DNA of 64,000 nt from a virus. Taxonomy: Duplodnaviria > Caudoviricetes. Numbering within the stretch: position 1 is the first letter of the stretch; every line of letters starts with the position of its first letter. Below the pieces are notes generated by a model, which was given only the letters and a program-made list of their open reading frames with translations, made no database searches and had not been told where the DNA came from. Both the position numbers and the translations under genes were made by a program. The stretch lies in IMG/VR virus record IMGVR_UViG_3300044842_000325, positions 64,847 to 128,846 of that record; one strand, 5' to 3'. Positions 1-9,465 of this stretch are shown here, piece after piece.

Positions 1-344
1 ACATGGTCGGGCGGACAGATCTCGAAGATCCGTTTGATGTAAGGCGGAATACGCCGACGCAGGTCTTGAATGTCCTCGTGGGCATACGGTTCCAGGATCT
101 TACGCACTTCGGCGTAAGTGTCGAACAGGTCGTTTTGTTTTTGAAGAGGGAGTTCGGAAAAGTAATTGTTGAGATGTTCAAATGGATCGAAAGTCAAGCG
201 TTCGATTTCTTCTTCACCTTCCTTGGCGCGCGGATTCTTTTTGTTGCTACGCTCCAGAATCTTAACGTCCCACACCAGTTCCTGGCCGGCGTGAGTGATT
301 ACAACGGTTGAGGATTTGGCAGAAATGACTTTCTGAAATCGCAC
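1..344 (-). CDS. Partial (N-terminal part) non-virion RNAP promoter-specificity subunit, phiKZ gp68-like
   Basis: Absent from the ORF track because it runs off the left edge. GTG at 344 follows an AAGGAG RBS and the frame is open to the window edge (MRFQKVISAKSSTVVITHAGQELVWD...FEHLNNYFSELPLQKQNDLFDTY). Identity is inferred from its position just downstream of the ChmC-like gene. Confidence 0.6.
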   Translation of the reverse strand, partial: MRFQKVISAKSSTVVITHAGQELVWDVKILERSNKKNPRAKEGEEEIERLTFDPFEHLNNYFSELPLQKQNDLFDTYAEVRKILEPYAHEDIQDLRRRIPPYIKRIFEICPPDH

Positions 345-390
345 GTTAGGTTCTCCTTGTGTATGTGACTATCCTAGGTACTGCTCTTCT

Positions 391-417
391 TAGTGATATA
401 TGCTCGAAATAATTTAC
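391..417 (-). promoter_or_regulatory. Putative early (virion RNAP) promoter TATATCACTA
   Basis: Close to the phiKZ early consensus TATATTAC. One of six copies with the same upstream element spacing. Confidence 0.7.
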
Positions 418-437
418 CTCATTGTGGGGCTTACGAA

Positions 438-469
438 GGCATAGACCACGCGGCACGAAGCCGCGCGGT
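438..469 (-). terminator. Hairpin followed by TATGCC downstream of the ChmC-like gene
   Basis: Stem CGCGGC/GCCGCG with flanking ACC/GGT. On the minus strand it is followed by TATGCC rather than a U-run. Confidence 0.55.
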
Positions 470-497
470 ACTAATTTAATTCAGGTGAGGCGCAGGA

Positions 498-1283
498 TCA
501 ATACGGGATATCGTCGTCCAGGTCGTCTTCGCCGATCACCGCAGCGGCCGGCGGACGCTGACCGCCACTCGAACCACCGCCATTGCTGTTGCCGTAGCCG
601 CCACCATTGCCGCCCTTGTTGTAACCGCCGTTACCACCGCCTTGTTGCGGCGGGACATACGGCGGCTTGTACTGGTCAGGGACCTGGTACTGGCGGATCT
701 GCGACGCGGCCACGCGCAGTTGCAGTTCTTGCAGCAGCTTGTGGTAAGCGCGTGCATTCGATTGGCTTTCTTCGGCTTCGGAGAACTTCGAGCCGTCGGC
801 GTGAGCGAAACGGAACTCCGGACGATCCGGCAGGAAACCGAATTCGATCTTCGGGCGGTTGTACTGCACCAGGGACACGGCGATCTTGCCTTCCGAATCC
901 TTGACGAAGAACAGCTGCGCGCCGTCGCGCGGCGTGTCGACGCGTTCGCGTTGTTTGGTTTCCTTGTTGAAGCGGAAGTAGACCTGCTCGACCGCAGCGA
1001 CCTTCATCTCGCCCTTGCTGCGCACGACGTCGCCGAAGAGGTTGACGGTCTTCTCGAAGTCCCAGATGTTCATCTTCATGCGGATGACGTCGCCGTCCTT
1101 GGCTTTCTCTTTGTCAGCCGGGTCGCCCGTGCGAACCATCCACGTGACTTTGCCAGCGGCGTCCACGTCGAGTTTGAGCATCGCGCGCTTGCCGGGGGCG
1201 GTGGACGGTGCCCACAGGGTCAGAACGAACAGATCGAACGGCGCGGCCGGGCGATTGTCCTTCTCTTGGTTGTTATATGCCAT
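498..1283 (-). CDS. chmC: Phage-nucleus-associated nucleic-acid-binding protein (ChmC-like)
   Basis: 261 aa: beta-rich N-terminal domain, Gly/Asn/Gln-rich disordered tail and acidic tip DDLDDDIPY. Lies between the gp66-like and gp68-like genes, as ChmC does in chimalliviruses. Confidence 0.65.
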   Translation of the reverse strand: MAYNNQEKDNRPAAPFDLFVLTLWAPSTAPGKRAMLKLDVDAAGKVTWMVRTGDPADKEKAKDGDVIRMKMNIWDFEKTVNLFGDVVRSKGEMKVAAVEQVYFRFNKETKQRERVDTPRDGAQLFFVKDSEGKIAVSLVQYNRPKIEFGFLPDRPEFRFAHADGSKFSEAEESQSNARAYHKLLQELQLRVAASQIRQYQVPDQYKPPYVPPQQGGGNGGYNKGGNGGGYGNSNGGGSSGGQRPPAAAVIGEDDLDDDIPY

Positions 1284-1316
1284 GTTGTCATCCTAAGTGG
1301 TAGGGGTTTCGGTCTA

Positions 1317-1326
1317 CATTCAATAC
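1317..1326 (-). promoter_or_regulatory. Putative phage promoter motif GTATTGAATG
   Basis: Identical 10-mer at 14491-14500 and a one-mismatch copy at 20259-20268, each just upstream of a minus-strand transcription unit. Confidence 0.5.
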
Positions 1327-1352
1327 CGTATATGGATATTTTTCCATCACGG

Positions 1353-2222
1353 TCAAATGAGTACGTTAAACAGCCGCTTGATTTTTAACAAGTGTGCTGG
1401 GTTTTGAAGATCGTTGAGGTTGTCGATAATCCGTGCCCGGGTCGTCATTGCGCTCCAGTTACGTTTCTCGGCAATCTCTACGATCGCTTTGCGTAGCCGG
1501 TGGTCCATGGGAGAAAACGTTTCATGGTCACCGAATACTTGGAGGAGTTCCTCCGTAAAGGGGATGGCCGCCAGCTTCTTGCCTTCGTAATACTTCGACG
1601 ACCACAAGACACGTGGCTTGATGCGGCCAGTATGCGATTCGATCAGATGGAGGTCACCGAAGCGCTTCTCTGCCAGCAAATCATACACGACGTGAGTTAA
1701 AATTAACGTCTTGACAGCATTACCCGGCGGCAAATCATCGAACAACAAAAACAAATCCTTGAATTCCGCCAGCAAAATCTTGATGGCTTCACCCATGATC
1801 TTGGTAAAATGCTGCTGCTTGGACGTGCTGTCTTTCCGCAATTCGGCTTCGGGATACTTCTTCTCCAGCTGGTTCATGTTGCTGAAGTAGTACACCACTT
1901 TCACCGGCACACCGGCATAGTGCTGTAACATGTCGGGGATGATACCCATCTCTTCGTATAAGATTTGGGCAACTTCCATCGACGAGATCCGGTCTGCAAT
2001 GTCCTTTGACATCGAATTGACGATGTTGCGGTACAAGGTGCGGAGGTTAATCCATACCTCTTTGTAGTTAAGTACCGGAGGACGATTCGGACGCGGGACG
2101 ATATCCGGATGGATACCGCACATGCTTTCAACGGCCAACGACGTAGGAACCGACAGCTGGAAAAATCCCAGCGTACGCTGGTCTGCCGTGTTGGCCACAT
2201 GGGTTTGATACTCGGTCGCCAT
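1353..2222 (-). CDS. Conserved phiKZ-like protein (gp66-like), possible PIN/5'-nuclease-like fold
   Basis: 289 aa, coupled to the upstream gene by a TAATG overlap. Motifs WINLRTLYRN, LTHVVYDLL and ESHTG. Syntenic position after the SbcD-like gene. Confidence 0.6.
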   Translation of the reverse strand: MATEYQTHVANTADQRTLGFFQLSVPTSLAVESMCGIHPDIVPRPNRPPVLNYKEVWINLRTLYRNIVNSMSKDIADRISSMEVAQILYEEMGIIPDMLQHYAGVPVKVVYYFSNMNQLEKKYPEAELRKDSTSKQQHFTKIMGEAIKILLAEFKDLFLLFDDLPPGNAVKTLILTHVVYDLLAEKRFGDLHLIESHTGRIKPRVLWSSKYYEGKKLAAIPFTEELLQVFGDHETFSPMDHRLRKAIVEIAEKRNWSAMTTRARIIDNLNDLQNPAHLLKIKRLFNVLI

Positions 2223-3427
2223 TACACCCTTTCTTCAGCCACCGGCTGTTTGGATGGAAACAGATCTTCCAAGATATCGATCGAAGCATCCATGATGGCC
2301 CCTGAGGCGCCTTCGCTGGCGATCTTTTCCAAGATCAAGCTGGCAAGGTTATCAGGGGTGATCCGGATGGGGACGTATTTAGTTTCGCTTTCCGCGATCG
2401 GCGCGATTGCTTTCTCCTTATCGCGAATGGGTTCTTTCTTCCAGTTAAGCATCGGCCCCATGCGCATCAGCACTTCCATGCTGGTAAACACCGGGTGACC
2501 GGCTTCGGCCTTGATCCGCACATGCGAGCCTTCTGGCAACGACGCGATGTGATTCTGCACGAAGTCCAAGGTGTCTGCCAGCGATTTGCCGGTGACTTCT
2601 ACGGTATCAAACCGCATGGCTTGGGTATTCTCGATGAACCGGATTTGCCACGTGCCGTCCGGCATCCACTTAAAGCGCATGTGCCCTTTTGGGGTTTCGT
2701 ATCCATGCCCCAGCCGGTCGAACGAACCTTGGACATAAATGCCATGGCCGTCCTGTTCGAAGCTTTTGGCTGTATGATCGTGACCGATGCTGATGTTGTG
2801 CTTGACGAGTTTGAGGTATTCCTGTTCGTCATGGGTGATGGAACTGTCTACGTGGTCGATTTGGAAACGGAACAGACCGTGCATGATGCCGATGTCCACT
2901 TGTTCCAAACCACGGGCCCGCAATAGATCCTTCACCGTTTGCAGGGCCGGCCCTGAACCACCGGGTGGCTCGTCGGGGATATAAAGCACATGAATACCAA
3001 GGTCTTCCATGTACTCGATGTCGATCTTATCGATGTATTTCAGATCGGCACCGATCCCAGCAATCTCGTTTTCCATCGGGATGTACTTCGATTGCGACCG
3101 GTCATGCAGTGGCGTACCTTCCAACACCCGCAACTTGATGCAATGCTTTTTGCACAACTGCAAAAGATAATGGATGAAGAACTTGACTTCAAAGATGTCC
3201 TCGTCGTTGAACATCATCAAGTTGTCAAACACATCACCCGCCAAGAAGATGGCGTCTAAACTGGCAGTTTCCGGATCATCCGGCAAAGCCGCCATGAGAT
3301 TACGGGCAATCCGATAGGCGGGGTTGCGGTTGTGGCCGAAGTGGATGTCACTGAAGACCGCATAGTAAAACCCACCCGTCTTAAAGCGGGTCAATGTCAG
3401 TGCTGTCTCGGGCGATGTTGTCGGCAT
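2222..3427 (-). CDS. SbcD/Mre11-like metallophosphoesterase nuclease
   Basis: Calcineurin-like motifs SDIHFG, AGDVFD, GTPLHD, MHG, IGHDH and GSFDR. Start moved to ATG 3427 because the ORF-track extension overlaps the upstream gene. Confidence 0.88.
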   Translation of the reverse strand: MPTTSPETALTLTRFKTGGFYYAVFSDIHFGHNRNPAYRIARNLMAALPDDPETASLDAIFLAGDVFDNLMMFNDEDIFEVKFFIHYLLQLCKKHCIKLRVLEGTPLHDRSQSKYIPMENEIAGIGADLKYIDKIDIEYMEDLGIHVLYIPDEPPGGSGPALQTVKDLLRARGLEQVDIGIMHGLFRFQIDHVDSSITHDEQEYLKLVKHNISIGHDHTAKSFEQDGHGIYVQGSFDRLGHGYETPKGHMRFKWMPDGTWQIRFIENTQAMRFDTVEVTGKSLADTLDFVQNHIASLPEGSHVRIKAEAGHPVFTSMEVLMRMGPMLNWKKEPIRDKEKAIAPIAESETKYVPIRITPDNLASLILEKIASEGASGAIMDASIDILEDLFPSKQPVAEERV

Positions 3428-3959
3428 GGGTGGTTGGGGTGCTGTTGGGGGTCGCTTTGATGGGAAGCAGCGGCCGGTTATACCGTGCGAAGATGGCGTT
3501 CCACCGAGCGATGTGATCTTGGTCCATGCCTTGCACATTGAACATGAAGGCACGTTGACCCAGTTCATGAGCGATCACGTTGTGGACGGCGTTCGGGCCT
3601 TGGCTGGCGTACATGCGTGCCGATTCAACGGCGGCCGATAGCGACGGCATGCGTGACCCTTTACCCGTTCCGTCGAGGGGTTTGATGGCCGATTGGCTGT
3701 ACAGCGGCGGCACCACGAACAGCACTTCGCTCTGCGGATTGACGACGGTCACTTCATTGAACGGACCGTGCGCCAAGCGCATCCACATTTCGGGGGTAGC
3801 GGCATGTAGCGGGTTCTCGTCGCCCGCGAAAATCGGCAGGAACACTTCGACGAAGAAGTTCTCTTGAATTACTGCATGGGCGGCGGTGCTGCGGGTAAAC
3901 GACTTGTCGACGTCGTCGATCAAATCGCTCAGTCGTTGGGTGAGCAAATCGTTGGGCAT
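3381..3959 (-). CDS. Conserved hypothetical phiKZ-like protein
   Basis: 192 aa with AAGGA RBS. Motifs FFVEVFLPIF and VLFVVPPL. Part of the core operon. Confidence 0.65.
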   Translation of the reverse strand: MPNDLLTQRLSDLIDDVDKSFTRSTAAHAVIQENFFVEVFLPIFAGDENPLHAATPEMWMRLAHGPFNEVTVVNPQSEVLFVVPPLYSQSAIKPLDGTGKGSRMPSLSAAVESARMYASQGPNAVHNVIAHELGQRAFMFNVQGMDQDHIARWNAIFARYNRPLLPIKATPNSTPTTHADNIARDSTDIDPL

Positions 3960-3970
3960 GGTTTGTCCTT

Positions 3971-4393
3971 TTAGTTAAAGCTGGCTTGACCTGTATTATT
4001 AAGGTTCGTAATTTTTTCAAATTTTCCGTCGATGAGCGTCAGGATTTGTCCCACATCGTAACGCAGTCCCGCTTCGGTCACCATGATTTTGAGCGTGACA
4101 TTCACCCGATTCGAAGGGTTGGTCGATGTATCGTCCTCGACTTGTACGATGGCTTGGTCGAAATTACGACCGAGGTATTCTTCCAGCGTGGCGCGCAGCC
4201 GATCACGCAGGCGCAGCATATCGTTACCACACTCTTTCAGGATGATCGACAAGTTGGCAATCGTGCCACGGTAGTGGTGATCTTGGTTGGCGTCAGATGC
4301 AAAGAACACCGCCAGCAGTCGGTCGGTCTTCTCGGTGAGCGAAAAGATGTAGCCCTTCGAGGACAGGCTGGCGTAAGGTTTGATGGTGGACAT
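3971..4393 (-). CDS. Conserved phiKZ-like protein (gp62-region)
   Basis: 140 aa with AGGAG RBS, alpha/beta pattern, core-block synteny. Confidence 0.65.
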   Translation of the reverse strand: MSTIKPYASLSSKGYIFSLTEKTDRLLAVFFASDANQDHHYRGTIANLSIILKECGNDMLRLRDRLRATLEEYLGRNFDQAIVQVEDDTSTNPSNRVNVTLKIMVTEAGLRYDVGQILTLIDGKFEKITNLNNTGQASFN

Positions 4394-4425
4394 ACTGTCT
4401 CCTAAGACGGGAACAAAAAAGAATT

Positions 4426-4468
4426 CATACGATCACCGCCACCTGCTACCCGGAGGGGTAACAGGTGG
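4426..4468 (-). terminator. Intergenic hairpin with flanking TATG
   Basis: CCACCTGCTACCC-ggag-GGGTAACAGGTGG, followed on the minus strand by TATG and a T-run. Confidence 0.55.
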
Positions 4469-4478
4469 GGTTTATGTG

Positions 4479-5108
4479 TTACAACGAATTGCCCGACTTC
4501 GAAGTGGGATCAACCATCGACCGCGCCAGCGAGTATTTCATCGACAACCACGTATTGATGACTGCGTTTTGCTCAGGGAGGATGAGATGGCGATCGCCCT
4601 CCATCAGTTCCTCGATATACGTCACCGATTCCCAGCCGCCGTGCGGATTGTCTTCCGACGGCTCTTGGATACGAATGACACCGTCCATGACGCGGCGCCA
4701 GTTATAGTTGTCCTCACCGTACTGTCCTGGGAACGGATTGGTGAAACCATAACCTTCGCATCGCCCTTGGTCATACATCTTACCAATGGTGGGTTCGGCC
4801 ATGATGAAACGCTGCATCACCGGCTGCGCTTGTTGGATCTCGTAGATCGAGGTCATTTCCCGGATGCGATCCTCTTGGAAATAACTCTTGACCCGCGAGA
4901 TACCAACCCGCGCCCGATGCAGTGCTTCATCACTGTAGAGCGAGTGGTAAGCATCGACCACACCCTGCGCAAAGGTATTCCCCGTACGCTGAATGTAACT
5001 GCCGATCGCCACCGCTTGCTCTTGGATGTACCGCAACATCGAGGGATGGGGCTCGCCAGCGGTAAAGAGGTTGAGTTCTGCTTCACCGCCGTGAATCAAG
5101 CTTGCCAT
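4479..5108 (-). CDS. Conserved phiKZ-like protein (gp59-like)
   Basis: 209 aa with AAGGAG RBS. Motifs MQRFIMAEP, GEDNYNWRRVMDG and C-terminal DPTS. Confidence 0.65.
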   Translation of the reverse strand: MASLIHGGEAELNLFTAGEPHPSMLRYIQEQAVAIGSYIQRTGNTFAQGVVDAYHSLYSDEALHRARVGISRVKSYFQEDRIREMTSIYEIQQAQPVMQRFIMAEPTIGKMYDQGRCEGYGFTNPFPGQYGEDNYNWRRVMDGVIRIQEPSEDNPHGGWESVTYIEELMEGDRHLILPEQNAVINTWLSMKYSLARSMVDPTSKSGNSL

Positions 5109-5188
5109 GTATTACTCCTTGCGTCTGAACATTTTTTCCAACATTTCAAGAAGGAGCGGGTGGACGATGCGAGTGGGTTTACGCATGC

Positions 5189-5404
5189 TTACTCCTTGGG
5201 TTCTTCGTGAATGGCGCAGATCACGCCGTTACCGCCGAATTCGTCCGTGATCTTGAATCCCGACGGGGGTGGATCGTCCGGGTACAGATTGAGCGGAAAC
5301 TGGTTCTGACCAAACTCTACCACGCGTTTCTCGTACGTCTTGAAACCGAACTTTCCGATCTCACTCGATTGGACTATGCCATCTTCTTGCACTACTTGAC
5401 TCAT
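5189..5404 (-). CDS. Small hypothetical protein
   Basis: 71 aa with a strong AAGGAG RBS. Confidence 0.6.
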   Translation of the reverse strand: MSQVVQEDGIVQSSEIGKFGFKTYEKRVVEFGQNQFPLNLYPDDPPPSGFKITDEFGGNGVICAIHEEPKE

Positions 5405-5436
5405 GTGTTACTCCTTTCCTCTAGGTATTACACAAA

Positions 5437-6957
5437 CTACGCAGCATCGGGCAGAGCCATCATTCGTTGGTAGATCACCGGGTCCACAGGCAGAGTAGGT
5501 GCCGCCTCGATGAAGTTCGCGGAGGTGGAAATCCACGGTTTGGTTTTCGACAGATTGCCCGACAGACTGCGCGGTACCGCGGTACTCATGGTGCTGCGGT
5601 ATGGTGCCATGGCTTCAAATCGTTCAGCCATGTAATCATCCATCAACAGCGTGAGGTTCATCTCGTCGCCATCGTAGTCAGCATTGAAGCCGCGCACGAT
5701 GAGGTCAGACAGCGAGATGGTTTGGTCAGCTGCATCTGGTTTGACTTTGGTGATGTACAGCAACTGCATCGAACCCAAGCCCAGCGAGGGATTACGCTGG
5801 AAGATCGCGGGCAGACCCCGCAGGCCCGAACCGGCAATCAACTCATGGCGCGATTCCGCGATCAATTCCTTGAACAGTTCGTCCAAGAACGGATTGTACT
5901 CGGTGGCATACCGGTTGAGGAAACGCCAGACCTCGTTGGGGAGCCAACCGCGGTCTTTCAGTTTACGCGCCAAATGCAAACGCAGCAAGCCCACGCCCAC
6001 GCCCCACGGGATGTGCAGTTCGCGGTGATAGTGCTGCACCGGCAGCTTGGTGATGACCGCCCGTGCCGACCAGTCGCACCGCGTGGCAGCCAAGTGCTTA
6101 CGGGAGATGCCCTCCTTCGACGAGAACGACTTCTTGTTGAACTCTTCGTAGTACGTGGCCATGTTGGCGATTGCCCGCACCACCCGGTTCTGTTTCACCG
6201 CATCGGTGTAGCCATTGAGCGGATCATCCAGACCGATCAGGGATTCGATCGCGTCGATTGCAATCGGCACGTTCGAGTCGACATACACCGCCATGTCCGT
6301 GTCTTCCACCACCAGCAGCAGCTTGTTGGGGAAAGCCAGACGTGACGAGAAGATCTTGCCGCGGTTCATCTGCAAGAACTTCAGGATGTGGTGCACCTCG
6401 TTCGGGTTGTCTTGCTTCTTCTTACGGAAGTCACTGATGGTGAGCAGCTTGACGATGATCTCGTCGAACTTGCGGAAGAAGTTGTTGTAGCCACGTTCGC
6501 GGTCAAGGCCGAGCGCCACCAACTGCGCATAGACCTTGGGTGGTTTGTCCGGCACCGGATACTTGGTGTCACACAACCATTGGATGATGTTAAATCGCCC
6601 TTTCTTGAAGTGATTCGACAGGATCGTCCAGACACGCGGATTGATCAGCGGCGCGACGTTACGGGGTTGCTTGAGCCACACCATCGATTCCAGTTTCTGG
6701 TCACGGATGTTGAGCACAGGCTTGTTACAGTTTTCGCAAATCACCCCGAGATATTTGCGACCACGAGTTTCGTTGCAATCGCAACGCGGTGTATTGGAGA
6801 GAACGTCGTTGGGCTGGTACCGGGTGAAGATCTTTTCTTTGAAAGCTTTCAGCGCATCTTTGGAGCAGTCCTGAAATTCGTTAATAATCACAGGGTCGCG
6901 ATGCGACAGCTGATTCCACAAATCGTCATGGCTGACGAGCCGTAGGTAAGTACCGAT
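5437..6957 (-). CDS. Non-virion RNA polymerase beta' subunit, catalytic part (phiKZ gp55-like)
   Basis: Catalytic NADYDGDEMN, QRNPSL, SARAVIT and zinc motif CDC...CENC. Directly follows chmA. Start probably the non-canonical ATC at 6957 (the ORF track gives TTG 6921). Confidence 0.92.
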   Translation of the reverse strand: MGTYLRLVSHDDLWNQLSHRDPVIINEFQDCSKDALKAFKEKIFTRYQPNDVLSNTPRCDCNETRGRKYLGVICENCNKPVLNIRDQKLESMVWLKQPRNVAPLINPRVWTILSNHFKKGRFNIIQWLCDTKYPVPDKPPKVYAQLVALGLDRERGYNNFFRKFDEIIVKLLTISDFRKKKQDNPNEVHHILKFLQMNRGKIFSSRLAFPNKLLLVVEDTDMAVYVDSNVPIAIDAIESLIGLDDPLNGYTDAVKQNRVVRAIANMATYYEEFNKKSFSSKEGISRKHLAATRCDWSARAVITKLPVQHYHRELHIPWGVGVGLLRLHLARKLKDRGWLPNEVWRFLNRYATEYNPFLDELFKELIAESRHELIAGSGLRGLPAIFQRNPSLGLGSMQLLYITKVKPDAADQTISLSDLIVRGFNADYDGDEMNLTLLMDDYMAERFEAMAPYRSTMSTAVPRSLSGNLSKTKPWISTSANFIEAAPTLPVDPVIYQRMMALPDAA

Positions 6958-7019
6958 GATACACCTCTGGAAAAAGAAATAAATAACAACCGTAAGGTTG
7001 ATTTCCTTTGCTCGTAAAG

Positions 7020-7053
7020 AAAAAAAAGTGGAACCCTTGCGGGCCCCACTTTT
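7020..7053 (-). terminator. Intrinsic terminator after chmA
   Basis: Imperfect stem AAAAGTGG...CCACTTTT ending in a T8 run on the minus strand. Confidence 0.7.
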
Positions 7054-7076
7054 CCTCTTAGCGAGTTACTGCCAGA

Positions 7077-9095
7077 TCAGTACACGCGGTTGTGCGTCAT
7101 GCCGCGGTAGCCCGCGGTGCTGCCGGTGTAGGCCGGGCCGGTCGTGAACATCGTGGTGTGGAAGTTCGTGGCCAGCGCGCCGGCGGATGCCAGGCCGTAC
7201 GACGGACGGATGACCATGCGATCGTCGGCATTCGGGATGTCGACTTTCGGCTTCAGGCCGGTCTGCGAGAACGACACGTCCATGGCGTGCAGGAAGTCCG
7301 GGTGGAAGGTCTTGTGGACCGACACGCCCGTCACTTTCGGCAGGACCACCAGCTCGATCAGCTTCAGACGCTCTGCGAGTTGGTAGTCGGTGCTGCCGCC
7401 CCAGGTACCGGCCCAGCGCTTCATCAGGGTCGGATCTTCGTGGCCCTTGGCGTTCATCAGGTACAGGCCGTCGATGGTGCGCAGGTCACGCACACGGCCT
7501 TGGTCGTCCGTGTAGTAACCGTTGAGCACGCGCTCGGACTGCGGCAGCACGATCAGCTTGCTCTGCGTTTGCAGGAAGATCTGGCTGAAGCGGCCGTCGG
7601 TCAGGGCGTCCATCGCATTGATGATCGCCTGACGTGCACCTTCGACTTCGGTGGCTTCGGCGAACGCGCGCAGGAACCAGGTATCGGCACCCGCCATCGG
7701 GACGTCGATCGACAGCGCCGGCGCCGGCTGCATGATCATGCCGACCAGGCGGTAGAATTCCTCGATACCGAATTCCGGGCTGGTGGTCGGGAATTGCAGC
7801 ACTTGGTTGCCGTCCAGCTTCAGGCCGTAGTCGTAGTTCAGCGGGCCCAGGTCACGCGGACGGAAGTGCTCGCGGCGGCCGCCTTGCGATTGCAGGTGTG
7901 CCGGCATGAAGTTGCGCAGCCATTGCGGGCCGTAGGTCTGCTGGTCCAGCAGCGGCAGCATGGTCGAGATCTGGAGCAGCATGTTGCCCAGGTCCGGTTG
8001 CACGCCCATGTCGAAGCCGGACATGGTGATTTCGCCGACGTATTCCTGCGTGTCGTTGATGCCCGGGGTCGGGCCGCCGACCATGTAGCGGTTGCGGCGT
8101 GCTTGCACCGGATCGATGTTGACGGTCACGTAGGCCAGGGTGCGGCCGATTTCCATCACACCGGCGGTGTTTTCGGTGCCGTCCTTCTGGTTGCCTTGGC
8201 GGGTTTGTTCCGAACGGAAGTCCGTCACGATTTCGCCACGGATCGGCAGGCCAGCGGCGTCGAACACTTCGAGCGGCGGGTTGGCTTGGTCCTGGTTGAA
8301 GTGGATCGAGTTGACCAGCAGGGCCGAGCTGTCGGCAGCGACGTCGGCGAGCGATGCGTAGCGGAAGTTGGGGCTCTTGATTTCCAGTTCCGCGTGGCAG
8401 GCACGCAGGGCGTTCATGAACAGCGACGCGATCTTGTACGTGTCGTCGATCTTGAACTCGGCCGGCACGGTGGTCCAGTCCGCCGAGAACACCTGGGCTT
8501 GCGGCAGCAGGCTCGTGACGCGCTGACGGATGATCGTGGCCAGCGCTTCGTCAGCCAGGGCGACCGGGGTACGCGGTGCCGCGACGCGGTCTTGACCGTA
8601 GCTGCCGCCGTACAGGTCGTTGCTGCGGGTGGCCGGTGCCGGCGCCATGTCGGAAGCCAGCAGCAGGGTATGGTACGCGTAGCGGTTGTCGCCCTGGTCG
8701 GCCACGATGACGATCATCGCGATCTTGTTGCTGAGGTTCGACTGCGAGCCGCTGATCATGCCTTCACGGGGCATCGGGATGATGCGCACGTTCCAGGCCG
8801 ACAGCGCTGCTTGTTTCTCCTTGTCGTAGAAGTCTTGCAGTTTCTTGGTCAGTTCGCCCAGGTCGCGGCCGGCGCCGTCCAGACCTTGGTTCAGGCCCGC
8901 ACCACGGGAGAACAGCGCTGCTGCGCCGATCGGACGATTGCCGCCACCGCCGACCGGTGCGCCTTGCGGCTGCTGGTAGTTGGCTTGACCTTGGCCCTGT
9001 GCTGCTTGCGCTGCGCCACCGTAGATATCGTTCGGTTGTTGCTGTGCACCGCTCGGTTGGGCGTTGGTGTTGCCTTGAGCTTGAGTACCTTTCAT
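7077..9095 (-). CDS. chmA: Chimallin, major phage-nucleus shell protein
   Basis: About 670 aa with strongly biased codon usage, a Q/G/A-rich N-terminal arm and a low-complexity C-terminal tail. Lies between the gp52-like gene and the nvRNAP beta' gene and has an early promoter. Start ATG 9095 after AAAGGA. Confidence 0.82.
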   Translation of the reverse strand: MKGTQAQGNTNAQPSGAQQQPNDIYGGAAQAAQGQGQANYQQPQGAPVGGGGNRPIGAAALFSRGAGLNQGLDGAGRDLGELTKKLQDFYDKEKQAALSAWNVRIIPMPREGMISGSQSNLSNKIAMIVIVADQGDNRYAYHTLLLASDMAPAPATRSNDLYGGSYGQDRVAAPRTPVALADEALATIIRQRVTSLLPQAQVFSADWTTVPAEFKIDDTYKIASLFMNALRACHAELEIKSPNFRYASLADVAADSSALLVNSIHFNQDQANPPLEVFDAAGLPIRGEIVTDFRSEQTRQGNQKDGTENTAGVMEIGRTLAYVTVNIDPVQARRNRYMVGGPTPGINDTQEYVGEITMSGFDMGVQPDLGNMLLQISTMLPLLDQQTYGPQWLRNFMPAHLQSQGGRREHFRPRDLGPLNYDYGLKLDGNQVLQFPTTSPEFGIEEFYRLVGMIMQPAPALSIDVPMAGADTWFLRAFAEATEVEGARQAIINAMDALTDGRFSQIFLQTQSKLIVLPQSERVLNGYYTDDQGRVRDLRTIDGLYLMNAKGHEDPTLMKRWAGTWGGSTDYQLAERLKLIELVVLPKVTGVSVHKTFHPDFLHAMDVSFSQTGLKPKVDIPNADDRMVIRPSYGLASAGALATNFHTTMFTTGPAYTGSTAGYRGMTHNRVY

Positions 9096-9177
9096 GCTTT
9101 TTCCTTTTTTATACAAATGTTGTTTAATTTGTTTGCGCAAACAAACTGTTATTGATCACTAACCTGGGTGATCATTT

Positions 9178-9209
9178 TAGTGATATAGTGCTAAAATGTT
9201 TTAGCGCCA
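9178..9209 (-). promoter_or_regulatory. Putative early promoter for chmA
   Basis: TGGCGCTAAAACATTTT-AGCAC-TATATCACTA on the minus strand. Confidence 0.75.
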
Positions 9210-9465
9210 GATTGGTGGAATCGAACCAAAAACAAATTCTGAGAGCATACCACAATGAAAACCATGGGACGCCGCGCGTCTTCCACTATACAATGGGGTA
9301 CGTGGCGTATTTTTTTACTTGTACATGTTTTCCCTTTCGTGAAATCCCTGTTTGAACAACTCGCTCAAGCGATACATGAACGAGGTATTTTTCTAACACG
9401 GTTGCCGATTAGCAATCGTATGTCAACCCCTACCCTTTTTTCCTTTTCCATCATGAGTGTCGTCT

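Noticed and set aside
7092-9155. 687-aa plus-strand ORF antisense to chmA
   Set aside because: Mirror ORF produced by the strong codon bias of chmA; no RBS or protein-like features.
9213-9228. T-loop-like TGGTTCGATTCCACCA on the minus strand
   Set aside because: Only a 3-bp stem, with no acceptor or D arm.
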